Assembly (NCBI GenBank): GCA_021777535.1
Contig: JAJYDN010000007.1
Span: 18,291 to 82,290, forward strand
Origin: Pseudomonadota bacterium
GTDB taxonomy: Bacteria; Pseudomonadota; Gammaproteobacteria; Acidiferrobacterales; Acidiferrobacteraceae
Reading direction: 5' to 3'
Length of the DNA stretch: 64,000 nucleotides
Shown here: positions 45,011 to 55,734 of the stretch, piece by piece
Layout: every line of letters starts with the position of its first letter
Position numbering within the stretch: the first letter of the stretch is position 1
Program-made: the position numbers and the translations under genes
The notes under the pieces: model-generated
Database searches by the model: none
What the model was told of the DNA's origin: nothing
Seen by the model: only the letters and a program-made list of their open reading frames with translations

Positions 45011-47135
45011 CAAGGCGGAAACGCGCGGCGCCGTCTCTTTCCATATCAGTGATCTCCTTGCGCTTGTCGAGGGTTACCTCGGGCGCGAGGAGGCCATGTT
45101 CATCTATCGCGCCTATCTGTTTGGCGCGGAGGCCCACGAAGGGCAGCGCCGGCGGACAGGCGAGCCGTACATCTACCACCCCCTCGAGGTGGCCAAGCTT
45201 CTGACGGCGTTGCGTCTGGACGCAACCTGTCTGGCTGCGGCCATTCTCCACGACGTCATCGAAGACACGCCCCACCACAAGGATGAACTGATCGCGCAGT
45301 TTGGCGACGAGGTAGCTGAGCTCGTCGACGGGGTGAGCAAGATCAGCCAGATCGAGTTCGAAAACAAGGAAGAAGAGCAGGCCGAAAACTTCCGCAAGAT
45401 GCTGCTCGCCATGGCGCGCGACATTCGCGTCATCCTCATAAAGCTTGCCGACCGCCTGCACAACATGCGCACGATTGGCGTACTGCCGCCGCTGCGCAGG
45501 CGCGCCATCGCCCGCGAGACGCTCGAGATCTATGCGCCGATCGCCAACCGGCTTGGCTTGCACAGCTGGTCGGTCGAGCTCGAGGATCTGTGTTTTGCCA
45601 TACTCTATCCTTTGCGCCATCGCATCCTCCAGGAAGCGGTGCGCAAACGTCACGGCAACCGCAAGGCGCTGGTCGACAAGGTGCGGGTGGCCATTGTCGA
45701 GCAGCTGCGCCGCGAGGGTTTGCCCGGCGACGTGTCCGGCCGCGAGAAAAACCTGTTTGGCATCTACAGCAAGATGCGCCAGAAGGGTCTGTCGTTCGAG
45801 CAGGTCTACGACCTGCTGGCGTTCCGTATCGTGGTCGACCGCGTGGATACCTGCTACCGCGTACTCGGCGTCATCCACAACCTCTACAAACCGATTCCGG
45901 GACGCTTCAAGGACTACATCGCCATTCCGAAGACCAATGGCTACCAGTCCCTGCATACAGTCGTCTTCGGGCCGTTTGGTGTTCTGATCGAGGTGCAGAT
46001 ACGCACCGAAGACATGCATCGGGTCGCCGAGAACGGTGTGGCTGCGCACTGGCTCTACAAGACCGGCGACGTCGGTATGCAAAAGCGCGCACTGCAGTGG
46101 CTGCAGGGTCTCATGGAAATCCAGCAGGAGGCAGGGAATCCGCGCGAATTTCTCGAACACCTGAAGATCGACCTCTTTCCGGACGAGGTGTACGTGTTCA
46201 CGCCCAACGGCGATATCAAGAAGCTGCCGCGGGGCGCGACGGTCATCGATTTCGCCTACGAAGTGCACACGGATATCGGCAAGCGGTGCGCGGGCGCGCG
46301 CATCAATCACCAGCTGGTGCCCATGCGGACGGAATTGCGCAATGGGGATCATGTCGAGGTCATTACTTCAGCCTACAGCGCGCCTCATCCATCGTGGCTG
46401 AATCACGTTGTGACCGGCAAGGCGCGCCTGCAAATCCGCAATTACCTGAAAAATTTGCGCCGCGACGAGGCGGTCGCCCTCGGACGGCGGCTCTTTGCGC
46501 AGGCATTGCAGGCCCAGGGTGCCGACACTGGCCCAAGCGAAGCGGACCGCAATGCGCTCGTCCAGTCTTTGCGCCTCAAGTCATGGGAAGACTTGCTCGC
46601 CGATATCGGTTTTGGCACGCGCGTGGCGGCCGTCGTGGCGCGCCAGCTGACGCCTGAGGGCGCGCCGCCTCCGAGTCCCCAGCGCACGCCCGGTTCGCTT
46701 GCGATCCGCGGCACGGAAGGGGCGGTGGTCAACTACGCCAAATGTTGCCGCCCGATTCCCGGCGACCCGGTGCTCGGTTTCCTTACCGCCGGCCGCGGCA
46801 TCACGGTGCACACGGAGGATTGTCCGAACGTCGCGGAATACCGCAAGCACCCGGACAAATGGATCGACATCCAGTGGGAAAGCGGGGTCGAAGGTGTCTG
46901 GCCGGTGGCGCTGCGGGTAGAGGTCAAGAACCGGCGCGGCGTGCTGGCCATGGTCGCTGCGGCCATCTCGGAGATGGATGCGAACATCGATACGGTGTCG
47001 ATCGATGAGCGTGACGGTCAGGATACCGCAATGGACTTCGTGATCGAGGTGCGCGATCGCGTGCATCTCGCCCGCATCATTCGCCGCATCCGTTCTCAGG
47101 AAGCGGTCGTCAGGATCAATCGTAAACGGGGTTAG
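44955..47135 (+). CDS. spoT: Bifunctional (p)ppGpp synthetase/hydrolase (RelA/SpoT homolog)
   Basis: HD hydrolase motifs [22 protein letters not shown] and [10 protein letters not shown], a synthetase domain, then TGS and ACT C-terminus. The start is uncertain (44925, 44955 or 45096); the first two overlap rpoZ. Confidence 0.85.
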   Translation: MAANPPEQATTPQVLPSSNKAETRGAVSFHISDLLALVEGYLGREEAMFIYRAYLFGAEAHEGQRRRTGEPYIYHPLEVAKLLTALRLDATCLAAAILHDVIEDTPHHKDELIAQFGDEVAELVDGVSKISQIEFENKEEEQAENFRKMLLAMARDIRVILIKLADRLHNMRTIGVLPPLRRRAIARETLEIYAPIANRLGLHSWSVELEDLCFAILYPLRHRILQEAVRKRHGNRKALVDKVRVAIVEQLRREGLPGDVSGREKNLFGIYSKMRQKGLSFEQVYDLLAFRIVVDRVDTCYRVLGVIHNLYKPIPGRFKDYIAIPKTNGYQSLHTVVFGPFGVLIEVQIRTEDMHRVAENGVAAHWLYKTGDVGMQKRALQWLQGLMEIQQEAGNPREFLEHLKIDLFPDEVYVFTPNGDIKKLPRGATVIDFAYEVHTDIGKRCAGARINHQLVPMRTELRNGDHVEVITSAYSAPHPSWLNHVVTGKARLQIRNYLKNLRRDEAVALGRRLFAQALQAQGADTGPSEADRNALVQSLRLKSWEDLLADIGFGTRVAAVVARQLTPEGAPPPSPQRTPGSLAIRGTEGAVVNYAKCCRPIPGDPVLGFLTAGRGITVHTEDCPNVAEYRKHPDKWIDIQWESGVEGVWPVALRVEVKNRRGVLAMVAAAISEMDANIDTVSIDERDGQDTAMDFVIEVRDRVHLARIIRRIRSQEAVVRINRKRG

Positions 47136-47144
47136 GATCGGATC

Positions 47145-47537
47145 ATGGGATTGGATGTGATACAGACAGACAAGGCGCCGCGCGCCATCGGCACCTATTC
47201 GCAGGCCGTAAGGGCCGGCTCACTCGTGTTTTTCTCGGGGCAGATTCCGCTGGACCCGGCCACCATGGCGATGGTGGGCGATGATCCGCGCGCGCAGATC
47301 ACGCAGGTGTTTTGCAATCTCAAGGCCGTCATCGAGGCGGCGGGCGGGCAGTTCAGCCAGGTCGTAAAGCTCGCCGTCTTTCTCACGGATCTTGCGCATT
47401 TCCCGCTCGTCAACGAAGTCATGGCCGAATTCTTCACGGCCCCCTATCCGGCGCGCTCCGCGGTTGGCGTGGCGGCCCTGCCGCGGGGGGCGCTTGTTGA
47501 AATGGATGTCATCCTCGACCTCGGCGTCCGCCCGTAG
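47145..47537 (+). CDS. ridA: RidA/YjgF-family reactive-intermediate deaminase
   Basis: [33 protein letters not shown]. Confidence 0.9.
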   Translation: MGLDVIQTDKAPRAIGTYSQAVRAGSLVFFSGQIPLDPATMAMVGDDPRAQITQVFCNLKAVIEAAGGQFSQVVKLAVFLTDLAHFPLVNEVMAEFFTAPYPARSAVGVAALPRGALVEMDVILDLGVRP

Positions 47538-49548
47538 CGGCGCCGGTCTCGCCGATTTGCCCGTCACGGCCTTGCCGGGGGTGGGCAAGGCGGCCGGTGC
47601 GCGGCTCGCCCAGCTTGGCCTGTCGACGGTCGAAGACCTTCTCTTCCATTTGCCGGCGCGCTACGAGGACCGTACGCGGTGCACGCCGCTTGCCGCGCTC
47701 GTGGCCGGCCAGCGGGCGCTGGGGCAGGGTAGCGTGCTGGCCGTCGAGCAGCGCGGCGGGCGCCGCCCTCATCTCACCGCCTGGCTTGCCGATGGCCCCG
47801 GGCAATTGCTCCTGCGTTTTTTCCACCCCACGTCCCGTCACCGGCGTCTGCTGACGGTGGGTACGCAGGTCAGTGTGTACGGCGAAGTCCGGTGGGGCGC
47901 GCAGGGCCGCGAGATGGTGCATCCGGACATCGCCGGCCCGGCGGAGCCGTCCTTGCTGGAGTCTTCGCTCACGCCGGTCTATCCGACCACGGCAGGGCTC
48001 AGCGTCAAGCGCCTGCGCCAATTCGTGCGCGGGGCCCTCGAGCATGTGGACGCGCTCCCTGATTTGCTGCCGCCTGCCCTGTGCGAGGAGGGGTTGTCGC
48101 TTGCGCAGGCCTTGCGCCTCTTGCATGCGCCTGCGCTTGCCGTTCAGCCGACTGCCGCCCGCAAGCGCCTTGCGCTCGAGGAGTTGCTTGCCCACCAGGC
48201 CGCCCTTGCCGCGGCGCGGCGCGCAAGCCGCAGGGAGCGCGCGCATCCCTGCCGACAGGCCAATCTTGTCGCCCGCTTCCTCGCGCAACTGCCGTTTCAG
48301 CCGACCGCATCGCAACAGGCGGCAATCGCCGAGATCCGCGAGGATCTCATGCGCGACTGGCCCATGCGCCGTCTCTTGCAGGGTGATGTGGGATCGGGCA
48401 AGACCCTGGTCGCCGCCGCCGCCGCGCTGATCGTCCTCGAAGAGGGATATCAGGTGGCCCTGATGGCGCCAACCGAGCTCTTGGCGCGTCAGCATTACAA
48501 GACGTTTGCCGCCTGGTTTGCCGGTCTCGGCATTCCGGTGCTGGCGCTTCTGGGCACTGCGCGCTCCACCCAGGATGCGCGAAGAAGGCTGGCCCAGGGC
48601 GAAGTGGCGCTTGCCGTCGGCACGCAGGCGCTGGTACAGGACGCCGTCGCCTTCGACCGCTTGGCGCTCGCGATCGCAGACGAACAACACCGGTTTGGCG
48701 TGCGCCAGCGGCAGACCCTGCAGGGAAAGGGGCGCATCGCCACCCATTGGCTGGCGATGAGCGCAACACCGATTCCGCGCACGCTAGCCCAGAGCCTCTA
48801 CGCGGATCTGGATGTATCAATCCTCGCCGAGCGCCCCCCCGGGCGGTTGCCGGTCACCACTGTGGCGCTTTCGCAGACGCGGCGTACCGAAGTGATAGAC
48901 CGGGTGCGGCAAGCCTGCGCAGGCGGCGCCAAGGCCTACTGGGTCTGTCCCCTGATCGAGGAGGGCGAGTCCGATCTGGTGTCGGCGCAGGCGCTGCACC
49001 AGGAGCTTTCCCGTGCGTTGCCGGGGCTTGCCGTCGGGCTCATTCATGGCCGCATGAGCCCTGCCGAGAAGGAATCGGTGATGGCGGGATTCATGGACGG
49101 CGTCGTGCAGGTGCTGGTCGCCACGACCGTCATAGAGGTCGGGGTGGATGTGCCATCGGCCAATCTGCTCGTGATCGAACATGCGGAATGCCTGGGGCTT
49201 GCGCAACTTCATCAGCTCCGCGGCCGCGTCGGGCGTGGCCGCGAGCAGGGACACTGCGTGCTGCTCTACCGGGCGCCGCTCGGCGCCGTGGCGCACGCAC
49301 GGTTGGCCTGCCTGCGCGAAACGGATGACGGTTTTGAGGTCGCGCGGCAGGATCTGGCGTTGCGGGGCGCAGGGGAACTCTTTGGCGACCGTCAGTCCGG
49401 GTTGCCCCACTTTCGCGTGGCAGATCTGGCCGCCGATGCCGAATTGCTGCCGCGGCTGCGGCAAGCCGCCGACGATCTGCCGCCAGAAGTGGCCGAAGCG
49501 CTCGCGCGGCGTTGGCTGAACGCGCGCCGGGGCCCCGCTGAGGTCTAG
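47506..49548 (+). CDS. recG: ATP-dependent DNA helicase RecG
   Basis: Motifs [31 protein letters not shown] and [11 protein letters not shown] 47506 overlaps ridA by 32 nt. A TTG near 47555 is an alternative start. Confidence 0.9.
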   Translation: MSSSTSASARSGAGLADLPVTALPGVGKAAGARLAQLGLSTVEDLLFHLPARYEDRTRCTPLAALVAGQRALGQGSVLAVEQRGGRRPHLTAWLADGPGQLLLRFFHPTSRHRRLLTVGTQVSVYGEVRWGAQGREMVHPDIAGPAEPSLLESSLTPVYPTTAGLSVKRLRQFVRGALEHVDALPDLLPPALCEEGLSLAQALRLLHAPALAVQPTAARKRLALEELLAHQAALAAARRASRRERAHPCRQANLVARFLAQLPFQPTASQQAAIAEIREDLMRDWPMRRLLQGDVGSGKTLVAAAAALIVLEEGYQVALMAPTELLARQHYKTFAAWFAGLGIPVLALLGTARSTQDARRRLAQGEVALAVGTQALVQDAVAFDRLALAIADEQHRFGVRQRQTLQGKGRIATHWLAMSATPIPRTLAQSLYADLDVSILAERPPGRLPVTTVALSQTRRTEVIDRVRQACAGGAKAYWVCPLIEEGESDLVSAQALHQELSRALPGLAVGLIHGRMSPAEKESVMAGFMDGVVQVLVATTVIEVGVDVPSANLLVIEHAECLGLAQLHQLRGRVGRGREQGHCVLLYRAPLGAVAHARLACLRETDDGFEVARQDLALRGAGELFGDRQSGLPHFRVADLAADAELLPRLRQAADDLPPEVAEALARRWLNARRGPAEV

Positions 49549-49585
49549 CCGCTTTCGGTGCGGCTCGGCATAATCGTCTTACTCC

Positions 49586-49605
49586 ACTTCTCACAACTTC
49601 TCACA
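49586..49605 (+). repeat. Perfect tandem duplication 2 x 10 bp (acttctcaca) upstream of ubiA
   Basis: 49586-49595 and 49596-49605 are identical. The repeat ends 20 nt before the ubiA ATG. Confidence 0.9.
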
Positions 49606-49625
49606 GCCTTTGCGGCGGGGACAAC

Positions 49626-50522
49626 ATGGCAGTCGACGGGGCCGTAGCGGCACGGGGAATCCGGACGAGAGCCAAGGCCTATTGGCAGCTGATGCGTCTG
49701 CACAGGCCCATCGGCAGCCTTTTGCTGCTGTGGCCGACGCTGTGGGCCCTGTGGCTGGCCGCCAATGGCCATCCCTCACCGGCGCTCGTCGCCGTCTTCG
49801 TTGCCGGAGTCGTATTGATGCGTTCAGCCGGTTGCGTCATCAACGACTACGCCGACCGCGATTTTGATGGACACGTCTGGCGCACCAGAACGCGGCCGCT
49901 TGCGACAGGGGAAGTCAGTACACGGGAAGCGCTGGTCCTCTTCGCCGTTTTGTGTCTCCTGGCAGCGCTCCTCGTGCACTGGCTGAACCGCTTCGCGCTC
50001 GCGCTCGCGCCGGTCGCAGTCGCGCTCGCGGCATCGTATCCGTTCCTGAAGCGCTACACCCACCTGCCACAGGTCTATCTCGGCCTGGCCTTCGGGTGGG
50101 GCATACCCATGGCATTTGCGGCCGAGCAGGACCGTCTGCCGGCGCTGGCCTGGTGGGTGCTGGCCGCCAACATCTGCTGGACGATCGCCTATGATACGGC
50201 CTATGCGATGGCCGATCGGGAGGACGATCTGAAGATCGGCGTCAGATCGACCGCCATCCTTTTTGGCCGGTTCGACCGTTTCATGGTGGGGTTATTCCAG
50301 GCGGCAAGCCTCGTGCTGCTGTACTGGGTCGGCCGAAAGGCCCATCTTGGCCCTCTGTATGATGCCGGGCTTGTAGCGGCGCTCGGTTTTGCCGTGTACG
50401 AACAAAAGCTGCTCTGGCATCGCCGCCCCATCGAATGCTTTCGGGCGTTCATGAACAACAACTGGTTCGGCGGGTCGGTATTTGTGGGCATTCTGCTCGC
50501 CTATTTCAGGAGGTCTTTGTGA
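49626..50522 (+). CDS. ubiA: 4-hydroxybenzoate polyprenyltransferase
   Basis: GCVINDYADRDFD (NDxxDxxxD) and a second Asp-rich motif YAMADREDD. Multi-TM protein. Confidence 0.9.
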   Translation: MAVDGAVAARGIRTRAKAYWQLMRLHRPIGSLLLLWPTLWALWLAANGHPSPALVAVFVAGVVLMRSAGCVINDYADRDFDGHVWRTRTRPLATGEVSTREALVLFAVLCLLAALLVHWLNRFALALAPVAVALAASYPFLKRYTHLPQVYLGLAFGWGIPMAFAAEQDRLPALAWWVLAANICWTIAYDTAYAMADREDDLKIGVRSTAILFGRFDRFMVGLFQAASLVLLYWVGRKAHLGPLYDAGLVAALGFAVYEQKLLWHRRPIECFRAFMNNNWFGGSVFVGILLAYFRRSL

Positions 50523-51145
50523 AATTGTACGGTCACCTCACTTCTCCTTACGTGCGCAAGGTCAGGATCGCCCTGCGGGAAAAGAACCTGCGCTTTACTC
50601 ATGTGCCGGAATCCCCGCACGATCCCGGTAATCATATAGCCGACATGAATCCGCTCGGGAAAGTGCCGGTCCTGGAAACCGGCGATGGGCGCGTGTTTTT
50701 TGATTCGGGCTTGATTGTCGAATATCTGGACGAGTGCGGTGCCCCGCGATTGATCCCCCACGGTGAAGAGCGCTGGCCAGTCCTTCAGTGGCATGTGCTC
50801 GGTTCCGGCATGGTCGACGCCGTCGTCGCCCGCCTTCTCGAGGGGCGTCGTCCGCCGGGGCAGCGCGCGCAGGATCTCATCGATGCGCAGGAGCTGAAGG
50901 TCCGGCGCGCGATCGCGTGGGCGGACAAGGCGGCGCAGGGCCGGCCGTATCTGATCGGCGAGCGCTTCACGCTGGCCGATCTCGCACTCGGCCTGGCGCT
51001 CGAGTATGTGGATTTCCGGTTCCCGCACGACTGGCGCAGTCAGCATCCGCGGCTGGGTGAGTGGCTGGCGGGCATCAGTGCCCGGAGCTCTTTCGCCGAA
51101 ACCGTGCCCCCGGGCATGGAAAAGGTGATCGACGCCCCACGCTGA
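50519..51145 (+). CDS. Glutathione S-transferase family protein
   Basis: KLYGHLTSPYVRKVRIAL, NPLGKVPVL. GTGA overlap with ubiA behind a CAGGAGG SD. Confidence 0.7.
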   Translation: MKLYGHLTSPYVRKVRIALREKNLRFTHVPESPHDPGNHIADMNPLGKVPVLETGDGRVFFDSGLIVEYLDECGAPRLIPHGEERWPVLQWHVLGSGMVDAVVARLLEGRRPPGQRAQDLIDAQELKVRRAIAWADKAAQGRPYLIGERFTLADLALGLALEYVDFRFPHDWRSQHPRLGEWLAGISARSSFAETVPPGMEKVIDAPR

Positions 51146-51160
51146 CCAGGGTGTATCGGG

Positions 51161-52156
51161 ATGGAGGCGCTGCTGGCCCTGCTGCTGGGTTTCCCGGTCA
51201 TTCTCGCGGGGGCGGAGCTCTTTACGAACGCCGTCGAGCATGTGGGCGCAGGACTTGCGGTCTCGGAGGGGGTCGCGGGCTCGCTGCTTGCGGGTATCGG
51301 CACCGCACTGCCGGAGACTGCCGTACCCGTACTGGCATCCTTGGGGCGGGCGCATGGGGACCGGCCGGACATTGCGGTGGGCGCGGTTTTCGGGGCCCCG
51401 CTCATGCTGTCGACCCTCACGTTTGGCCTGATGGCATTGTTCGCCGGGCGTGCGCGCGGTTTTCGTGCGGCGCTCGTCCCTGAGCGCAGTGGCCTGCGCC
51501 GCGACCTCGACTGGTTCCTCGGCATTTTTGCCATGGCGGCGGCCGGACTTTTCGTGCCGCAGGGTCCCTGGCGTCCTGTGCTCGCGGCGCTGCTGGTGGT
51601 GGCCTACGGGGCCTATGTGGTGCAGACGGTGGGCGCATCGGTTGCCCTGCGTGAGGCCGGGCATGGCAGCCGCGTGCGCAGACCCCTCCACATCGATCGC
51701 CTTCGGGGGGGCAGATCGGGTCTGCGGTATGTGCAGCTTTTGCTGGGCTTGTCGCTGATCCTGGGTGGCGCCGAGCTTTTCGTGCGGGGCGTCGAAGGGG
51801 TCGGCACGATGTTCCACTGGCCGGTGCTGGTGCTCGCGCTGGTCGTCGTGCCGATTGCCACGGAGCTGCCGGAAAAGGTCAACAGCATTTTGTGGATCCG
51901 CCGCGGCCAGGATACGCTGGCGTTCGGCAACATCACGGGCGCACTCGTCTTTCAGGGGAGCCTGCTGCCGGCGCTGGGCCTGACATTGACACCGTGGCAG
52001 CCGAGGCCGGTGCTGCTTGCGGTCACCATCGCAACCTTGGCGGGGGCGGCCTGGGTACGCTGGCACGCAGCCCGTGCGCGCGCGTTGCATCCGGTGCCCT
52101 TACTGGCAAACGCCCTCCTCTACGCCGCCATAATGGTTTATTTTATCCATCTATGA
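51161..52156 (+). CDS. Sodium/calcium exchanger (CaCA) family membrane protein
   Basis: Two alpha-repeat-like segments, ILAGAELFTNAVEHVG and ILGGAELFVRGVEGVG. About 10 TM. Confidence 0.6.
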   Translation: MEALLALLLGFPVILAGAELFTNAVEHVGAGLAVSEGVAGSLLAGIGTALPETAVPVLASLGRAHGDRPDIAVGAVFGAPLMLSTLTFGLMALFAGRARGFRAALVPERSGLRRDLDWFLGIFAMAAAGLFVPQGPWRPVLAALLVVAYGAYVVQTVGASVALREAGHGSRVRRPLHIDRLRGGRSGLRYVQLLLGLSLILGGAELFVRGVEGVGTMFHWPVLVLALVVVPIATELPEKVNSILWIRRGQDTLAFGNITGALVFQGSLLPALGLTLTPWQPRPVLLAVTIATLAGAAWVRWHAARARALHPVPLLANALLYAAIMVYFIHL

Positions 52157-52950
52157 ATCATTACGCCGTTTTCGGGTACCCCATCCAGCACAGCCTGTCT
52201 CCCCGCATCCACGAACAGTTCGGGCGTGAACTCGGCATCCCGCTCACCTATGAGCGCCGGGCAGTGCCGGCCGGTTCGCTCGCGCAGGCCGTGCAGGCCT
52301 TCATTGCCGAAGGCGGGCGTGGCGCCAATGTCACCGTTCCCCTGAAGACCGAGGCCTATGCGCTCGCAACGGAATTGACGCTGCGGGCGCGGCGGGCCCA
52401 GGCGGTCAACACGCTCTCTTTCGAAGACGGGGTCATTCGCGGCGACAATACGGATGGGGAGGGGCTGCTCGCGGATCTTGCCTACCACGCGGTGGCGCTT
52501 TCTGGCGCGCGACTGCTGGTGATGGGTGCCGGCGGCGCCGCGCAGGGCATCATCGGGCCGCTTCTCGACGCGGGAGTGGCCCATGTGACCGTATGGAACC
52601 GGACGGCGAGCCGGGCCGCGGAATGGATTGCCCGCGTAGGTGATGCGCGCATGAGCCTGCCCGTGGCGGGCGATTCTTACGACATCGTCCTGAACGCCAC
52701 GGCAGCGAGTCTCGGTCATGCCGTGCCCCCGGTGCCCGATGATGTGTTTCGCGGGGCACTGGCCTATGATCTGGCGTATGGGCCTGTCGCGCGCCCTTTT
52801 CTGGCCCATGCGCGCACACACGGCGCGCAGTCGGTGCTAGACGGATTGGGGATGCTGATCGAGCAGGCGGCCACTGCGTTCTGCGTCTGGCATGGTGTGC
52901 GGCCGGACACATCCGGCGTGCGGGTGCTCCTGCGCGGCGAGGCGGCCTGA
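52153..52950 (+). CDS. aroE: Shikimate dehydrogenase
   Basis: Motifs YAVFGYPIQHSLSPRIH, GANVTVPLK, NTDGEG and GAGGAA. ATGA overlap with the preceding gene. Confidence 0.9.
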   Translation: MNHYAVFGYPIQHSLSPRIHEQFGRELGIPLTYERRAVPAGSLAQAVQAFIAEGGRGANVTVPLKTEAYALATELTLRARRAQAVNTLSFEDGVIRGDNTDGEGLLADLAYHAVALSGARLLVMGAGGAAQGIIGPLLDAGVAHVTVWNRTASRAAEWIARVGDARMSLPVAGDSYDIVLNATAASLGHAVPPVPDDVFRGALAYDLAYGPVARPFLAHARTHGAQSVLDGLGMLIEQAATAFCVWHGVRPDTSGVRVLLRGEAA

Positions 52951-53073
52951 ATCCGGGCGTGCTTCGCATCCGCCGGACAGGCGCGCCACACCTGGGCCCG
53001 CTTTCGTTTTCGTGCGGTTGCCCGCAGGCGCGCGGCCGGCGCTCGTGTTAAAGTGGGCGCAACAAGGAGCGCC

Positions 53074-55110
53074 ATGAGCAACGACAATCCGCTTTTGCAC
53101 TTAGAGGGTCTGCCGCTTTTTACGGCGATCCGTCCCGGTCATGTGCAGCCGGCACTCGCCACGATGCTCACCGAAACCAGGGCCGAAGTCGAACGCATAC
53201 TCGCGAAACCGGGAGCGGGGCGCTGGGAGGACAAGATAGGGCCGCTCGAGACCTGCGAGTTGCGCCTGAAGCGCTTCTGGTCTCCGGTGTCCCATTTGCA
53301 CGCCGTTACTGACAGTCCCGAGCTGCGGGCCGCCTATAACGAGGGCCTGCTCGAGCTTACGCGCTACCAGACGGACTATGCGCAGGATCCCCGCGTGTAC
53401 GCCGCCTTCAAGGCCCTGCGCGAGGCGGGCGGATTCGAGCGCTTGTCGACGGCGCGCCGGAAGGTAGTCGACAATGCGCTGCGTGATTTGCGTCTCGCCG
53501 GTGTCGCTCTCGAGCCCGTTGCGAAGGCCCGTTTCAAGGTTCTGCAGGAAGAACTCTCCGTGCTGACCAGCCGCTTCGAGCAGAACGTGCTGGACGCCAC
53601 CGACGCATTCGCCTTGTCCTTGCCGGATGTGGAACGCTTGAGCGGCGTTCCGGATTCGGTGCGCGCACTTGCGCGTCAGGAGGCGCATGAGGCCGGGGAA
53701 GAGGGATACCGCCTGACGCTGAAGGCGCCGTGCTACATACCGGTCATGGTCAATGCCGACGACCGGGATCTGCGCAAACAGATGTATACGGCCTATGTGA
53801 CGCGGGCGAGCGAACAGGGTGATCCGCGATATGACAACACGGATGTCGCGCGCCGCATCCTCTTGCATCGGCACGAACTGGCGCAGCTGGTTGGCTACCG
53901 GGTCTACGCCGACTATTCGCTGGCAACGAAGATGGCATCCAGTCCGGCCGAAGTCGAGCGTTTTCTGCTCGATCTTGCCGGGCGGGCCCGCGCGAGCGCA
54001 ATGGCAGAGCTCGATGCGGTCCGCGCACTGGCGCTGGCGAGCGGGCATGAGCTCGAGGCCTGGGACATCGCCTATTACAGTGAGCGGCTAAAAGAGCAGC
54101 GCTTCCAGTTTTCCCAGGAGGAGTTGCGGCCGTATTTTCCGCTGCCGCAGGTACTGCGCGGGCTTTTTACGCTGACGGAACGCCTCTACGATGTCTCCAT
54201 CGCCGAACTCGAGGATGTCGAAACCTGGCATCCCGACGTCCGCTTCTACGAAATTCGCGAGACGGACGGCCGCCCGCGCGGACAGTTCTATCTTGATCTG
54301 TATGCGCGATCCCGTAAGCGCGGGGGTGCCTGGATGGACGAGTGCTGTGTGCGCGAGCCGCACCATTTGCCGGTAGCCTATCTCACGTGCAATTTCTCGC
54401 CGCCCGGGGAGAGTCACCCATCGCTTTTGCGCCATGAGGAGGTCGAGACGCTGTTCCACGAATTCGGTCACGGCCTGCACCACATGCTGACGCGGGTGGA
54501 GGAACCGGCCGTCGCGGGTATCAACGGCGTGCCCTGGGACGCAGTCGAGCTGCCAAGCCAGTTCATGGAAAATTTCTGCTGGGAACGTGAGGTGATCGAT
54601 CTCATCGGCGCGCACTACCAGACCCACGATCCCCTGCCCCAGGCCCTGTTCCGGAAGCTGCGCGCGGCCCGCACCTTCCAGGCCGCCCTGCAGATGCTGC
54701 GGCAGATCGAGTTCGCCCTTTTCGATATCCGGCTCCACGGTGATTTCGATGCCGGGAAGGGCTCCGTCCATGCCTTGCTCGATCAGGTGCGCTCGGAGGT
54801 AGCGGTGGTGCAGCCGCCGTCTTTCAATCGCTTCGAGAACAGCTTCACGCATATTTTTGCCGGCGGCTATGCCGCGGGTTACTACAGCTACAAATGGGCG
54901 GAGGTCTTGTCCGCCGATGCCTTCAGCCGTTTCGAAGAGCGTGGTGTATTCGATCGCGAGACGGGCCTGTCGTTTCTCCACAACATTCTCGAGCGTGGCG
55001 GGGAGGCGGATCCCCGGGAGCTGTTCGTCAGTTTCCGGGGCCGCCAGCCGACTATCGAGGCCTTGTTGCGGCAAAGCGGTCTGGTTACCGAGACGGGGGA
55101 GGGAGCGTGA
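53074..55110 (+). CDS. prlC: Oligopeptidase A (M3 zinc metallopeptidase)
   Basis: Zinc motif TLFHEFGHGLHHM. AAGGAG SD before ATG 53074. Confidence 0.9.
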   Translation: MSNDNPLLHLEGLPLFTAIRPGHVQPALATMLTETRAEVERILAKPGAGRWEDKIGPLETCELRLKRFWSPVSHLHAVTDSPELRAAYNEGLLELTRYQTDYAQDPRVYAAFKALREAGGFERLSTARRKVVDNALRDLRLAGVALEPVAKARFKVLQEELSVLTSRFEQNVLDATDAFALSLPDVERLSGVPDSVRALARQEAHEAGEEGYRLTLKAPCYIPVMVNADDRDLRKQMYTAYVTRASEQGDPRYDNTDVARRILLHRHELAQLVGYRVYADYSLATKMASSPAEVERFLLDLAGRARASAMAELDAVRALALASGHELEAWDIAYYSERLKEQRFQFSQEELRPYFPLPQVLRGLFTLTERLYDVSIAELEDVETWHPDVRFYEIRETDGRPRGQFYLDLYARSRKRGGAWMDECCVREPHHLPVAYLTCNFSPPGESHPSLLRHEEVETLFHEFGHGLHHMLTRVEEPAVAGINGVPWDAVELPSQFMENFCWEREVIDLIGAHYQTHDPLPQALFRKLRAARTFQAALQMLRQIEFALFDIRLHGDFDAGKGSVHALLDQVRSEVAVVQPPSFNRFENSFTHIFAGGYAAGYYSYKWAEVLSADAFSRFEERGVFDRETGLSFLHNILERGGEADPRELFVSFRGRQPTIEALLRQSGLVTETGEGA

Positions 55111-55574
55111 AAAGGAAAGTCCTGGCGATTCTGGGAGGTATCGTGACCATGGGCGCATGCCATGCGGCGGCGCTCTACCGCTATGTCAGCCCCGCGGGCG
55201 TGGTGACCTACCAGTCGAGTCCGCCCCCGTCATCGGCGCGGCACGTGCAGGTGGTGCACCTGAGCGACACCTTTGGCAGCGGCTCCGCGCAAGCGGCAGT
55301 TCACGCGCCGCCGGTTGTTCTGTATGAGGCGCCGTCATGCCCGCCGTGCGCAATTGCGGCGCGCTATCTGACATCCCGCAAGGTGCACTTCAAGGTAGTG
55401 GATGTCACCAATCCCAAGGCGCTCGCCGAGATGAAGAGCGCATCTCACGCCACTACCATTCCCACCATCGTCGTCGGCAAGCAGGTGTTCGTCGGCTATG
55501 TGGAGTCCGAACTCTCGGCGGCGCTTACGGCAGCCGGCTATCCGGATCCGAAGAACCCGCAAGCAGGCCATTGA
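55107..55574 (+). CDS. Exported DUF4124-like / glutaredoxin-like fusion protein
   Basis: GTGA overlap with prlC behind a GGGGGAGGGA SD. Signal peptide, possibly with a lipobox (ILGGIVTMGAC). LYRYVSPAGVVTYQSSPP resembles DUF4124. Glutaredoxin fold CPPC ... TIPTIVVGKQVFVG. Confidence 0.6.
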   Translation: MKRKVLAILGGIVTMGACHAAALYRYVSPAGVVTYQSSPPPSSARHVQVVHLSDTFGSGSAQAAVHAPPVVLYEAPSCPPCAIAARYLTSRKVHFKVVDVTNPKALAEMKSASHATTIPTIVVGKQVFVGYVESELSAALTAAGYPDPKNPQAGH

Positions 55575-55734
55575 GGCAGGGTGCCGCCCGTCTGCGCGCC
55601 GGCGGCAGGCGGGAACCGGCGCCATCGCTTGTGTTGTGTCTGCGGAAGTGGCCGGTTTGGCCGAACCCCCTGCATCCGGACAGGTGCAGTTTTCAAGCGG
55701 GGCGCGACCCAACGACGGATGCGGGGCCGCCACT

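Noticed and set aside
44739-46352. 537-aa ORF on the minus strand; the same reasoning covers 50501-52090 (-), 33228-34868 (+), 8087-9442 (+), 28219-29130 (-), 29203-30171 (-), 19095-20033 (-), 25101-25979 (-) and 61457-62764 (-)
   Set aside because: All lie antisense to genes with strong family motifs (spoT, GST/CaCA, the RND pump, argS, priA, aroB, gltD, gcvPB). They are GC-rich frame artefacts.
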